Sequence record: SRR2962707_2060
DNA: 64,000 bases
Direction: 5' to 3' (one strand)
Shown here: in pieces, positions 21,066 to 31,676 of the stretch
Numbering within the stretch: the stretch's first letter is position 1
How the letters are laid out: each line of letters opens with the position of its first letter
Position numbers and translations under genes: made by a program
The notes under the pieces: generated by a model
The model's input: only the letters and a program-made list of their open reading frames with translations
What the model was told of the DNA's origin: nothing
Database searches by the model: none

Positions 21066-21170
21066 GCGGCTGAAGACGCCTGCCGCTCGCTGGTTATATC
21101 CATGGTGAAGTCTTCTTTTCGAATATCATCCACCCACTTGTTGTGCGGCTGATGGCAATGCGAGCCCCAT
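21066..21170 (+). ncRNA. Candidate structured RNA element (leader or cis-encoded ncRNA) upstream of the Ble-like N-terminal domain gene
   Basis: Complementary blocks GAAGAC/GTCTTC and GCTCGC/GCGAGC interleave; GCGGCTGA direct repeat; no credible ORF on the + strand. Confidence 0.5.
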
Positions 21171-21203
21171 TTATTATCTGCACGAAATGACAAGAGGTTT
21201 TAA

Positions 21204-21635
21204 ATGGCTGAATATTCGCGCCTTCCCACGATTGAAAAATTAAAAGCCGAGGCGAAAGTCTTGCGCGCAAAACCTGGTTCTACGTTAGGTCATAGTCAGG
21301 CCTTAGAGCGCATTGCACAGCAATATGGTTATAGAGATTGGAATACATTGCATGCTGCTGCTGGCAATGGCCCACCGCCATGTCCCGTTTCATTGGGGCA
21401 AATGGTTGAAGGTCACTACCTGAAACAACCATTTTTAGGAGAGGTTTTAGGGGTCGAATCTCTGAATGGTGGATCGCGTTATCGTGTGACTTTGGATTTT
21501 GCTGAGCCCGTGGACGTTATTACCTTTGAGGGAATGTCAAACTTTCGCAAACGCGTTCACTGCATTGTCGATGGCAATGGTCGAACAGCAGAAAAAACAT
21601 CAGATGGCATTCCGCAATTGGTTCTCAAATTATAA
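21204..21635 (+). CDS. 'Glyoxalase superfamily' protein with Ble-like N-terminal helical domain (Glyoxalase_8-type) and beta-rich C-terminal domain; function unknown
   Basis: K.EAK.LR...GHSQALE.IA..YGYRDWNTL.A signature; AAGAGG Shine-Dalgarno. Confidence 0.8.
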   Translation: MAEYSRLPTIEKLKAEAKVLRAKPGSTLGHSQALERIAQQYGYRDWNTLHAAAGNGPPPCPVSLGQMVEGHYLKQPFLGEVLGVESLNGGSRYRVTLDFAEPVDVITFEGMSNFRKRVHCIVDGNGRTAEKTSDGIPQLVLKL

Positions 21636-21677
21636 CTTGTCGACGGCAATCTAAAAAAACTAACGGCTTGCACGGGT

Positions 21678-23012
21678 TTAACGTGCAAGCGCCTGTTTGA
21701 GGCCATGCCAGCTTTGCTTCGGCGTGCGCTTTAACGTGTCGTAATCGACATGAACGATGCCAAAGCGTTTGTCATATCCAAGTGTCCACTCGTAGTTATC
21801 AAGCAGCGACCAGACCGTGTAACCTTTGACAGGGGCACCTTTGTCCATTGCGGATTTCATGGCCGCAACATGCTGGTTTAAATAGTCGCTGCGCCAAGGA
21901 TCGTCGATTTCACCGTTAGCCAGAACATCTTTGCCTGCCATGCCGTTTTCGGTGACGTAGAGCGGTAAGCCGCCGGTGTAGTTTTCCGAGATCCACGTAA
22001 ACAGCCAGCCGAAGGTGTCAGGCGATATTTCCCAGCCCATATCGGTTAATGGCAATTGGGTTGGCGCTTCTTTAATGCCGGGCCAAATGCCCGAACCATC
22101 ATCTTCGATGATTTTTCGTGTGTAATTATTGATGCCGATCCAATCGAGCGGTCGCGCAATAAGGTCCATGTCGTCCTGCCAGTTTTCAGGCAGGTGAGGC
22201 TCTATGCCTTCGAGCACGAGCGCTGGATATTCCTTCTTAAAGAGCGGTCCAAGAAAACATTCATTATATTGGGCGTGGTAACGCGCTTGCGCACGAATAT
22301 CTTCAGCGCGATCGGACGCTGGAATCGAGGGTTCAAAATTCAGATATATGCCGACATTATCTTGTCCTGCGGCACGGAGCACATCAACGGATTTGCCATG
22401 CGCGACCAAAAGATGATGTACGGCGCGGGCGGCTGCGCGGATATCGCGCATACCGGGCGCATGATAGCCAAGTAAATGGCTTAGCCACGTAACACACCAT
22501 GGTTCGTTAAAGGTGCCGGATGCAAACATGCGATCGCCAATGCGGTCGATTACATGGCTCGTAAAATCGGCAAAACGATCGGTGATGTCTCGGTTTCGCC
22601 ATCCACCCAGATCGGCTAACGCGGCAGGCATATCCCAATGATGCATGGTAAGCATTGGCGCAATATTGCGCGCCAGCATTGCGTCAGTCAGCCGATCATA
22701 AAAATCAAGACCTTCAGGATTGATGTTGATGCCGTCAGGCATTACCCGTGCCCATGAAACTGAAAATCGATAATGGTCAAAATTCGCAGCAGCGATGAGG
22801 TCCAAATCTTCTTCAAAACGGTGATAGTGATCGCACGCAATCGCGCCATCTTCCGCGCGTGCTACATTGCCGAGCACTGGTGCAAATGTGTCCCAATGCG
22901 ATGGGCCGCATCCACCAAAGGATGCACCTTCAATTTGATAGGCAGATGTAGCAACCCCAAATTTGAAGTCTTGCGGAAAATCGGCGCGGGAAAATTTAAT
23001 TGGGTTTTGCAA
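21678..23012 (-). CDS. Glycoside hydrolase family 1 beta-glucosidase
   Basis: FGVATSAYQIEG, YRFSVSWARV, TFNEP acid/base, VTENG nucleophile, WSLLDNYEW; TTG start. Confidence 0.96.
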   Translation of the reverse strand: MQNPIKFSRADFPQDFKFGVATSAYQIEGASFGGCGPSHWDTFAPVLGNVARAEDGAIACDHYHRFEEDLDLIAAANFDHYRFSVSWARVMPDGININPEGLDFYDRLTDAMLARNIAPMLTMHHWDMPAALADLGGWRNRDITDRFADFTSHVIDRIGDRMFASGTFNEPWCVTWLSHLLGYHAPGMRDIRAAARAVHHLLVAHGKSVDVLRAAGQDNVGIYLNFEPSIPASDRAEDIRAQARYHAQYNECFLGPLFKKEYPALVLEGIEPHLPENWQDDMDLIARPLDWIGINNYTRKIIEDDGSGIWPGIKEAPTQLPLTDMGWEISPDTFGWLFTWISENYTGGLPLYVTENGMAGKDVLANGEIDDPWRSDYLNQHVAAMKSAMDKGAPVKGYTVWSLLDNYEWTLGYDKRFGIVHVDYDTLKRTPKQSWHGLKQALAR

Positions 23013-23233
23013 GGGGCGGGCTCTTTTCTGGCTCGTGTTGCTGTTTGGTTCGCCAATAAGAACATTTTTGCTTCTTTGTCGATAGGTGTAGATCAGTCTT
23101 TAAGAGGCAGTTTAATGCGATTTAACATTGTTCATATTCATGGTAGCTGACTTGAAAAAGTGCCACGAGCATTGCAAGTGCTGAATCAAGCTGTAATTAT
23201 CATTCTGAAGATTGAAGCATTGGGGAGAATGGA

Positions 23234-24571
23234 ATGACGGTTCCTACAATATTGTGGATCAACCATGCCAGCTACATAGTTCGCTATGAAGATGTGGTTT
23301 TGCTTGTTGATCCGTGGTTTGATGGCCGCATTTTCAATAATGGATGGGAACTTTTATCCAAAACTCAGATTGATGATTGTGCGCTGGCTTCGGTCACTCA
23401 TATTTGGTTTTCGCATGAGCATCCGGATCATTTTTTCCCTCCCAACTTGATTGGTTTACTGGGCAAAATATCTATTAAGCCCACTATTTTGTTTCAGAAG
23501 ACTCAGGATAAGAGAGTCGCTAACTTTTGCAAAGGGCGCTTGAAGTGCGATGTGGTTGAACTTGAGCGAGGTGAATTGTTCAATCTCAACGAAAGCAGCA
23601 CAATTCAGGTTTATCCGCACGGCCAGCTCGATTCTTATAGTTTATGTCGCTTTGGCGATCATACTATCCTAAATCTAAACGACTGCGTCATTACGAAAAG
23701 CGATGTGGATAATATACTTGATATCCAAAAGCGGTTCGATCTGGTGCTTTACCAATTTAGCTATGCGTCATGGATTTCGAACCGCGATGAAACGGCCAAG
23801 CGTGAAAAGGCTGCTGCCTTGAAACTAGATGTCATAAAAAAACTTTGTGAAGCGCTGGAAATTGACGTGCTGTGTCCCTTCGCCAGCTATGTTTATTTTT
23901 GCCATGAAGAAAATGTTTATATGAATGACGCTGTACCCAAGGTTTGGACAATCGAGAAATTTATTTCGGATAGGACAACAAGCCGCCCCCTCATTTTGTA
24001 TCCGGGAGATGAATGGACTGTTGGCGATGCATTCGACAATAGAGCTTCAATGGAGAAGTATGACGCAGATATGCGTTCGCCAAGACAGCTCGCGTCATCA
24101 GATTGCGTTCCAATTGAGGAAATTCTTACTCAGGGCGAGAGATATTTAGAAGTATTGAATGAGAAGAATGGCCGGATTGCAATGGTTGCAATGGGTCTCC
24201 TATCTTTCCTTATGAGGAAAGTAGGAAAGGTTGGACTTGGGCCTGTTTATATTAAGTTGAGCGACAGCCCGCATAAGTTGAGCTTTGATCTCATTAATGG
24301 ACTTAAGCTTATGCATGAAACCTCGAATGTCGACGTAGAACTGTCGAGCGATAGCCTTAGCTACATTTTGAGATTTGAATGGGGCATGGCGTCGCTAGGC
24401 ATTAATGGCCGTTTCCAGAGCATGCATGCAAAAGGGCATCTTATATTGGCAAGGGCATTTTCAATCGGGCAAATAAACAGCACGGGAAGTACGTTACTTC
24501 GTCATATAAAGAAGCGCGTCACAAGACGTGAAGAATCGCCAATTCACGATCAGGAATCTTCCTTTATGTAA
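23234..24571 (+). CDS. Metallo-beta-lactamase fold protein, UlaG/CMP-Neu5Ac hydroxylase (CMAH)-like
   Basis: NHAS, VDPW..G..F..GW.L, SHEHPDH, ILNLNDC and CPFASY motifs; GGGGAG SD. Confidence 0.75.
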   Translation: MTVPTILWINHASYIVRYEDVVLLVDPWFDGRIFNNGWELLSKTQIDDCALASVTHIWFSHEHPDHFFPPNLIGLLGKISIKPTILFQKTQDKRVANFCKGRLKCDVVELERGELFNLNESSTIQVYPHGQLDSYSLCRFGDHTILNLNDCVITKSDVDNILDIQKRFDLVLYQFSYASWISNRDETAKREKAAALKLDVIKKLCEALEIDVLCPFASYVYFCHEENVYMNDAVPKVWTIEKFISDRTTSRPLILYPGDEWTVGDAFDNRASMEKYDADMRSPRQLASSDCVPIEEILTQGERYLEVLNEKNGRIAMVAMGLLSFLMRKVGKVGLGPVYIKLSDSPHKLSFDLINGLKLMHETSNVDVELSSDSLSYILRFEWGMASLGINGRFQSMHAKGHLILARAFSIGQINSTGSTLLRHIKKRVTRREESPIHDQESSFM

Positions 24572-24620
24572 TCGGCAATCGGGCCCAATATCCCCTTTGA
24601 ATTAAGATGTTATCCTACCT

Positions 24621-24652
24621 AATAAAAACCCGGCGGATCGCTCCGCCGGGTT
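24621..24652 (-). terminator. Rho-independent terminator of glnB-glnA (possibly bidirectional)
   Basis: AACCCGGCGGA-TCGC-TCCGCCGGGTT stem with a T-tract on the minus strand. Confidence 0.88.
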
Positions 24653-24679
24653 AATAATTTCACTGCTAATCAAAGGCGA

Positions 24680-26086
24680 TTAGAGTGAGTAGTACATGTC
24701 AAACTCAACAGGGTGCGGAGTTTGCTCGTAGCGAATGTTTTCTGCCGCTTTCAACTCGATGTAAGCATCGATTTGATCGTCGTCGAATACGCCGCCCGCT
24801 TTCAAATATTCGCGGTCTTCATCAAGTGCAGCCAATGCTTCACGTAGTGAACCACATACTGTTGGAATTTGTGCCAATTCAGCTGGTGGAAGATCGTATA
24901 GATCTTTGTCCATTGGCTCACCTGGGTGAATTTTGTTCTTGATGCCGTCAAGGCCAGCCATAAGAAGCGCAGAGAATGCGAGATATGGATTAGCCATTGG
25001 GTCAGGGAAGCGACATTCCATGCGCTTACCTTTTGGAGACGGTGTGAACGGGATGCGGCATGATGCAGAACGGTTGCGTGCTGAGTATGCCAATAGCACT
25101 GGCGCTTCATAACCTGGGACCAAACGCTTGTATGAGTTGGTTGATGGGTTTGTAAATGCGTTCAATGATTTAGCATGCTTAATGATGCCGCCAATGAAGA
25201 ATAGGCAGTTTTCTGATAGGCCTGCATATTGGTCGCCAGCAAATGTTGGGTTGCCGTCTTTCCAGATTGACATATGCACGTGCATACCTGTGCCGTTATC
25301 GCCGAATACTGGCTTAGGCATGAATGTTGCTGTTTTGCCATAAGCATGAGCAACGTTCTGAACCACATATTTGTAGATCTGCACTTCGTCGGCTTTAGCA
25401 ACCAATGTATTGAAGATCATTGACAATTCGTGCTGAGCTGCAGCCACTTCGTGGTGGTGCTTTTCTGTCTTTACGCCCATTTCGGCCATAACAGTCAGCA
25501 TTTCAGAACGCATGTCCTGCGCGCTGTCGATTGGGTTTACAGGGAAGTAGCCGCCTTTAGTGGTTGGGCGGTGGCCCATATTGCCAGTTTCGTATTCTGT
25601 GCTTGTGTTTGACGGCAATTCGCCATCATCAAGTGAGAAGCCTGTGTTGTATGGGTCTGTGTTGTAACGCACATCATCGAAGATGAAGAATTCAGGCTCT
25701 GGGCCGAAATATGCAGTGTCGCCGAATCCACCTGATTTGACATAGGCTTCAGCGCGTTTTGCAGTCATGCGTGGGTCGCGGTTGTAACCTTCGCCAGAAA
25801 TTGGATCGAGAATGTCACAAATAACAATCATCGTTGATTGTGCGTAGAACGGGTCCATATGTGCAGATGAAACATCTGGCATCAAAACCATGTCAGATTC
25901 GTTGATTGCTTTCCAACCAGCAATTGATGAACCGTCAAACATAACGCCGTCTGTGAACATATCTTCGTCAACAACTGCAACGTCAATTGTTACGTGCTGC
26001 AATTTACCGCGTGGATCAGTGAAGCGTAAATCAACGAACTTAACGTCGTTGTCTTTAATTTGCTTCATAATGTCTTTAGCACTCAT
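24680..26086 (-). CDS. glnA: Glutamine synthetase type I
   Basis: [31 protein letters not shown], and DKDLYDLPP adenylylation site. Confidence 0.99.
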   Translation of the reverse strand: MSAKDIMKQIKDNDVKFVDLRFTDPRGKLQHVTIDVAVVDEDMFTDGVMFDGSSIAGWKAINESDMVLMPDVSSAHMDPFYAQSTMIVICDILDPISGEGYNRDPRMTAKRAEAYVKSGGFGDTAYFGPEPEFFIFDDVRYNTDPYNTGFSLDDGELPSNTSTEYETGNMGHRPTTKGGYFPVNPIDSAQDMRSEMLTVMAEMGVKTEKHHHEVAAAQHELSMIFNTLVAKADEVQIYKYVVQNVAHAYGKTATFMPKPVFGDNGTGMHVHMSIWKDGNPTFAGDQYAGLSENCLFFIGGIIKHAKSLNAFTNPSTNSYKRLVPGYEAPVLLAYSARNRSASCRIPFTPSPKGKRMECRFPDPMANPYLAFSALLMAGLDGIKNKIHPGEPMDKDLYDLPPAELAQIPTVCGSLREALAALDEDREYLKAGGVFDDDQIDAYIELKAAENIRYEQTPHPVEFDMYYSL

Positions 26087-26126
26087 TATTAGGTATTCCT
26101 TTTCCCATTTTTAGTTTGCAGTGTTT

Positions 26127-26468
<342 letters not shown>

Positions 26469-26501
26469 TTATACCTCCGATTATGTGGTTACCCTCTTTT
26501 A

Positions 26502-26517
26502 TGCATGACTTATGCCA
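26502..26517 (-). promoter_or_regulatory. sigma54 (-24/-12) promoter of glnB-glnA
   Basis: Minus strand TGGCATAAGTCATGCA = GG-N10-GC. Confidence 0.85.
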
Positions 26518-26619
26518 GTTTTGTGATCTGCTCAAAAATAAATAAGTGCATGAAATTAAATAGCTTATAGATAAAATTTTTGACCGCAACAAATGTCTAC
26601 ATGTCGCAGCCTTTGCATC

Positions 26620-26656
26620 TGCCTGCTTTTTACCCAAGTTGTCTATTTTTTGTGCA
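26620..26656. promoter_or_regulatory. Tandem NtrC-binding enhancer sites upstream of glnB
   Basis: 17-mers TGCCTGCTTTTTACCCA (26620-36) and TGTCTATTTTTTGTGCA (26640-56), about 100-140 bp upstream of the sigma54 promoter. Confidence 0.7.
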
Positions 26657-26679
26657 TATTAGTGTTTGGTTAGACTGGT

Positions 26680-27129
26680 TCACTCCACAAGTCTTGAAAA
26701 TCGGTGTACGATTTCATCGGGTGACAGTTCTTCGATGTTCGTTGAAATATACCATAGATGCCCGAATGGGTCGCGCAATTTTCCGGTTCTATCACCGTGG
26801 ATCTGATCAGTTATGGGCAAAAGCTCATCTGCACCATCCTCAATCATTTGCATAAAGGTATGGTCGCAATTCTCGACATATATATTGAGCGAAACTGGCG
26901 AGCCGTTAAGCGATTTTGGCGATAATACATCCCACTGCGCTACTTCATCGGCGATAATCAATACCATGCCATTTATTTCTATTTCTGCGTAGGCAACCGC
27001 ACCGTCGGGCAGAGGTAGACGATATCGCTCAGCAGCGCCAAAATGTTTGACATAATAATCGATGGCTGCATGCGCATCGCGGCAGACCAGATAGGGCGTT
27101 ATTGGCGCATAGCCTGGCCGCGTTGGCAT
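26680..27129 (-). CDS. VOC/glyoxalase family protein (PhnB-like)
   Basis: ITPYL, AIDYY..FGA.E and G.R.G.L.DPFGHLW motifs. Confidence 0.88.
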   Translation of the reverse strand: MPTRPGYAPITPYLVCRDAHAAIDYYVKHFGAAERYRLPLPDGAVAYAEIEINGMVLIIADEVAQWDVLSPKSLNGSPVSLNIYVENCDHTFMQMIEDGADELLPITDQIHGDRTGKLRDPFGHLWYISTNIEELSPDEIVHRFSRLVE

Positions 27130-27135
27130 AGATTT

Positions 27136-30057
27136 CTACTCCGCAGCTTTTCTCATAGGGCGGCGCACCAATAGTTCTTTCAGGAATTGACCAGTATAGC
27201 TGCGCTCAACTTCTGCGATGTCCTCTGGCGTGCCTTCGGCGACGATTTCTCCACCGCCGTCACCGCCTTCTGGTCCCAAATCGATCACCCAATCTGCTGT
27301 TTTGATGACTTCCAGATTGTGCTCGATGACAACAACCGAATTACCATTATCGACGAGTTCGTGAAGCACTTCGAGCAATTTGGCTATGTCGTGGAAGTGA
27401 AGGCCGGTCGTTGGCTCATCCAATATATAGAGTGTGCGGCCTGTCGCGCGGCGCGATAGTTCTTTTGCCAGCTTAATGCGTTGCGCTTCACCGCCTGATA
27501 GTGTTGTCGCTTGCTGGCCAACCTTCATATAGCCAAGGCCAACGCGGCGTAGCGTTTCCATTTTATCGCGTACAGCGGGCACCGCAGCAAAGAAATCAAC
27601 GCTTTCTTCCACAGTCATATCCAGCACATCAGAAATTGATTTGCCTTTAAATTCGACGGCCAGCGTTTCGCGGTTATATCGTTTGCCGTGACACACGTCG
27701 CAGGTCACATAAACATCGGGCAAGAAGTGCATTTCGATCTTGATAACGCCGTCGCCTTGGCAAGCCTCACAGCGTCCACCTTTGACATTGAAGGAGAAGC
27801 GCCCGGCCTGATAGCCGCGCACTTTTGCTTCTGGCAATTGCGCAAACCATTCGCGGATCGGCGTGAATGCGCCTGTGTAGGTGGCGGGGTTTGAGCGCGG
27901 TGTGCGGCCAATCGGTGATTGGTCAATGTCGATGACTTTATCGATATGTTCAAAGCCTTCGATGCGTGTGTGCTCTGCTGGCACATCGCGTGCGCCATTG
28001 ATGCGCCGTGCGGCAGCTTTATAGAGTGTTTCAATAAGGAAGGTCGATTTGCCACCGCCTGAAACGCCAGTTATCGCGCTAAAAACGCCAAGCGGCAGTG
28101 TAGCGGTTACGTCTTTTAGATTGTTACCTTTGGCGCCAATCACTTTAATGCCGCGTTTTTTGTCAATCTTGCGGCGTTCAGCGGGCATTGGAATTGTCAT
28201 TTCACCGGTAAGATATTTGCCGGTCAATGAATTGGGATTATCCATAATCTCTTGGGGTGTGCCTTTGGCAATAATATTGCCGCCGTGAACACCCGCGGCA
28301 GGGCCTATATCAACGACAAAATCTGCTGTGAGTACCGCGTCTTCATCATGCTCAACCACGATGACTGTGTTACCCAAATCACGCAAATGGCGCAGCGTAT
28401 CAAGCAAGCGCGCATTATCGCGCTGGTGTAGGCCAATGGATGGTTCATCAAGCACATAAAGCACGCCCGTTAAGCCAGAACCAATTTGGCTGGCTAAACG
28501 AATGCGTTGGCTTTCACCGCCCGACAGAGAGCCGGAGCCTCGAGAAAGCGTTAAATAGTCCAAACCTACATCAACAAGGAACTTCAGCCGATCGTGAATT
28601 TCTTTCAAAATTCGTGTCGCAATTTCCATCTGCTTGGGTGTTAACTCGTTTGGTAGATCGCACAGCCAATCGTTCGCCTTGCGGATAGACATTTCTGAGA
28701 CTTGCGAAATATGCAGCTTGTTAATTTTGACCGACAGCGCTTCAGGCTTAAGGCGGTATCCTAAACAATGCGAGCAGGGGCTTTTTGACATGAAACGCTC
28801 GATTTCCTCGCGGATCATTGAGCTGTCCGTTTCGCGCCAGCGGCGTTCAAGGCTTGGTATAACGCCCTCAAATGGTTTGCGCGTTTTATAAGTGCGCAGC
28901 CCATCGTCATATTCAAAGTCAATATTTTGAGTGCCTGTGCCGAAGAGAATAGCGTTCTTGCTTTCTTCGTTGAGCTTTTCCCAAGGATCGCTCATTTTAT
29001 AGCCGTACAGTTTACCAACGGCTTGAAGCGTTTGCGCATAATAGGGCGATGGATTTGTCGACTTTGACCACGGCGCGATGGCGCCTTTTTGGATTGAAAG
29101 GCTGTGATCTGGCACGACAATCGCAGCATCAACGCCTTGCTCTACGCCAAGCCCATCACAATGCGGGCATGCGCCAAAGGGATTGTTGAACGAAAATAGG
29201 CGCGGTTCAATTTCTGGGATTGTAAATCCAGATACCGGACAGGCAAATTTTTCTGAAAACACCAATCGTTCATGGGTTTCATTGGCTGATTTGTTTTTTG
29301 AATCCTTTGCCGTCTCATTGTCCGGCAATGGTTTGTCAGCCAATTCGGCGACGGCTAATCCATCGGTCAGCCGCAAACACTGTTCTAATGAGTCCGCCAG
29401 CCGCGTTTGCATGTCCGCGCGCGCAACGATACGGTCGACAACTACATCAATGTCATGCTTATATTTTTTGTCGAGCTTTGGTGCGTCAGCGATTTCGTAA
29501 AATTCGCCGTCAATTTTCACGCGCTGATAGCCTTTTTTCATAAGCTCAGCGAGTTCTTTGCGGTATTCGCCTTTGCGGCCGCGCACGATTGGCGCAAGAA
29601 TATAAAGGCGCGTGCCTTCTTCTAACGCTAAAACACGGTCCACCATCTGGCTAATCGTTTGGCTTTCAATTGGAAGGCCCGTTGCAGGCGAATATGGCAC
29701 ACCAATGCGCGCAAAGAGCAGGCGTAAATAGTCGTAAATCTCTGTAACCGTACCAACGGTTGAGCGCGGGTTTTTGGATGTTGTCTTTTGTTCAATCGAA
29801 ATGGCCGGAGAAAGTCCGTCAATCTGATCAACATCTGGTTTTTGCATCACTTCAAGGAATTGACGCGCATAGGCCGAAAGGCTTTCCACATAGCGGCGTT
29901 GGCCCTCGGCATAGATTGTATCGAAGGCAAGTGATGATTTGCCTGAGCCTGATAGGCCCGTCATGACAATCAATTTATCGCGGGGCAGGTCGATATCGAT
30001 ATTTTTAAGGTTATGTTCGCGCGCACCGCGCACGGATATAAATTTGCTATCGCTCAT
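27136..30057 (-). CDS. uvrA: Excinuclease ABC subunit A
   Basis: [23 protein letters not shown], two ABC signatures LSGGE, zinc fingers. Confidence 0.99.
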   Translation of the reverse strand: MSDSKFISVRGAREHNLKNIDIDLPRDKLIVMTGLSGSGKSSLAFDTIYAEGQRRYVESLSAYARQFLEVMQKPDVDQIDGLSPAISIEQKTTSKNPRSTVGTVTEIYDYLRLLFARIGVPYSPATGLPIESQTISQMVDRVLALEEGTRLYILAPIVRGRKGEYRKELAELMKKGYQRVKIDGEFYEIADAPKLDKKYKHDIDVVVDRIVARADMQTRLADSLEQCLRLTDGLAVAELADKPLPDNETAKDSKNKSANETHERLVFSEKFACPVSGFTIPEIEPRLFSFNNPFGACPHCDGLGVEQGVDAAIVVPDHSLSIQKGAIAPWSKSTNPSPYYAQTLQAVGKLYGYKMSDPWEKLNEESKNAILFGTGTQNIDFEYDDGLRTYKTRKPFEGVIPSLERRWRETDSSMIREEIERFMSKSPCSHCLGYRLKPEALSVKINKLHISQVSEMSIRKANDWLCDLPNELTPKQMEIATRILKEIHDRLKFLVDVGLDYLTLSRGSGSLSGGESQRIRLASQIGSGLTGVLYVLDEPSIGLHQRDNARLLDTLRHLRDLGNTVIVVEHDEDAVLTADFVVDIGPAAGVHGGNIIAKGTPQEIMDNPNSLTGKYLTGEMTIPMPAERRKIDKKRGIKVIGAKGNNLKDVTATLPLGVFSAITGVSGGGKSTFLIETLYKAAARRINGARDVPAEHTRIEGFEHIDKVIDIDQSPIGRTPRSNPATYTGAFTPIREWFAQLPEAKVRGYQAGRFSFNVKGGRCEACQGDGVIKIEMHFLPDVYVTCDVCHGKRYNRETLAVEFKGKSISDVLDMTVEESVDFFAAVPAVRDKMETLRRVGLGYMKVGQQATTLSGGEAQRIKLAKELSRRATGRTLYILDEPTTGLHFHDIAKLLEVLHELVDNGNSVVVIEHNLEVIKTADWVIDLGPEGGDGGGEIVAEGTPEDIAEVERSYTGQFLKELLVRRPMRKAAE

Positions 30058-30182
30058 AGGGGGGCCGTTATTTCCATCGCGTGAGATTTAGTTCTACATG
30101 TAAGTCAGCGGCGACACTTGTCGAGGCTTTGCGGCAAAATAAGTTGTTTTTGCTGTGCATCGCGGCGAGCCTACTGACACGG

Positions 30183-30223
30183 TTGACAAAATAAGACTCA
30201 CAGATGTAGAACAAATTAGGAAC
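30183..30223 (+). promoter_or_regulatory. ssb promoter overlapped by an alphaproteobacterial LexA (SOS) box in the uvrA/ssb divergent region
   Basis: TTGACA at 30183-88; TAGAAC -10-like element; GAAC-AAATTAG-GAAC (GAAC-N7-GAAC) at 30209-30223. Confidence 0.88.
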
Positions 30224-30317
30224 ATTGGAAAGTGTCTGTGGACAGAATTGTGCGCGCTGTTTTGGAAGGCAAGCTTCCTTTATGGTGCGGCCAAACAAAT
30301 TGAGTGGAGTGGCGGCA

Positions 30318-30818
30318 ATGGCTGGCAGTGTAAATAAAGTAATTCTCGTTGGTAATTTGGGCGCGGACCCTGATGTGAAGCGCATGTCTAGTGGTGATCC
30401 GGTGGTTAATCTATCTATCGCGACTTCTGAATCATGGCGTGACAAGGCCTCTGGCGAACGTAAAGATCGCACCGAATGGCACCGCGTTGTTATTTTCAAT
30501 GAGCAACTTGCAAAAGTGGCTGAGCAATATTTGAAGAAAGGTGCCAAGGTTTATATCGAAGGCCAACTTCAAACGCGTAAATGGCAGGACCAGAACGGCC
30601 AAGACAAATATTCTACCGAAGTTGTTCTTCAGCGTTTCCGCGGCGAATTGCAAATGCTTGATAGCCGCAGTGAAGGCCAAGGTCAGGGCAATTATGGCGG
30701 TGGCCAGCAACGCGTTTCAAATGACAGTGGCTATTCAGGCGGCGGCAATCAAGGATCGCAGTCTTCTGGCGGCGGCGGTGATTTCTCACGCGATATGGAT
30801 GATGAAATTCCGTTCTAA
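30318..30818 (+). CDS. ssb: Single-stranded DNA-binding protein
   Basis: [15 protein letters not shown] start, TEWHRV, DDEIPF C-terminus; GGAG SD before ATG 30318. Confidence 0.99.
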   Translation: MAGSVNKVILVGNLGADPDVKRMSSGDPVVNLSIATSESWRDKASGERKDRTEWHRVVIFNEQLAKVAEQYLKKGAKVYIEGQLQTRKWQDQNGQDKYSTEVVLQRFRGELQMLDSRSEGQGQGNYGGGQQRVSNDSGYSGGGNQGSQSSGGGGDFSRDMDDEIPF

Positions 30819-30863
30819 ATCCGGAATAATTAGGAGCGGCTTAGAATTAGGTGTTTCCTATTT

Positions 30864-31490
30864 CTAAGCCGCAATCATCGCTTTTATGCCATCGGCAACG
30901 AATTGCACTGAAAGCGCCGATAGAATGACGCCAAGCAAGCGCGTCAGTACCAGACGTCCTGTTTGGCCTAATATCTTGTCAACGCGTTCAGCGACCAAGA
31001 ATACCAGATATGTAAGCAAGATAATCGCACCGATGATGCCGATAAGGCCGATGCGCTCAACAGGCGAATGAAAATCATTAGATAGCAATATCGCCGCTGA
31101 AATTGCGCCAGGGCCGCCAATCAATGGTATCGCCAGCGGAAACACAGCGACAGAACGCACGTGATCAATTGATATGGCTTTTTTAGCCGTGTCTTCTTGG
31201 CGTTCTTGGCGTTTGGCGAAAATCATCTCATAAGAGATTGAAAATAGAAGCAGTCCGCCTGCAATTCTAAAAGCAGGCAGCGTGATGCCAAACAAAGTCA
31301 GAATCCCTGAGCCAGCGATGACGAATGCTGTCAGGATGCAAAAGGCGATCACTGTTGATCTAATCGCTACATTTTTGCGCTGCGCGCTGTCCATGTCGCC
31401 CGTGACGGCGAGGAAGAGCGGCGCTAGTCCAGCAGGGTCAATTGTCACCAACAGCGTGACGACCGCATTTACAATAAGATCTATGGTCAT
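30864..31490 (-). CDS. MarC family integral membrane protein
   Basis: DP.G..PLF, AFRIAGGLLL and PLAIPLIGGPGAI motifs; usual position between ssb and gyrA. Confidence 0.93.
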   Translation of the reverse strand: MTIDLIVNAVVTLLVTIDPAGLAPLFLAVTGDMDSAQRKNVAIRSTVIAFCILTAFVIAGSGILTLFGITLPAFRIAGGLLLFSISYEMIFAKRQERQEDTAKKAISIDHVRSVAVFPLAIPLIGGPGAISAAILLSNDFHSPVERIGLIGIIGAIILLTYLVFLVAERVDKILGQTGRLVLTRLLGVILSALSVQFVADGIKAMIAA

Positions 31491-31676
31491 ATTTTCGCTG
31501 TATCAGCCTATTGATTTGCCCGCAAGCATTCTCAATATTTGCAATTGTCGGCGCTTGTGCACTGTAATGGACAAATGCCTGTGAATGGGAGGCTCTATTT
31601 GGCTGCGAAACTTGGTTTTCTGAGCCGATGGGGCTAGTGTTACTCAATTGATTCTGAACTGAAAAGTGGCACTGCT

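Noticed and set aside
21104-21112. GGTGAAGTC matches a stretch near the 3' end of 16S rRNA
   Set aside because: Only 9 nt and the flanks do not match rRNA; insufficient to claim an rRNA fragment or mimicry
21005-21193. 62-aa minus-strand ORF across the structured leader
   Set aside because: No family resemblance or clear RBS; the region is better explained as promoter plus RNA leader, though a small peptide is not strictly excluded
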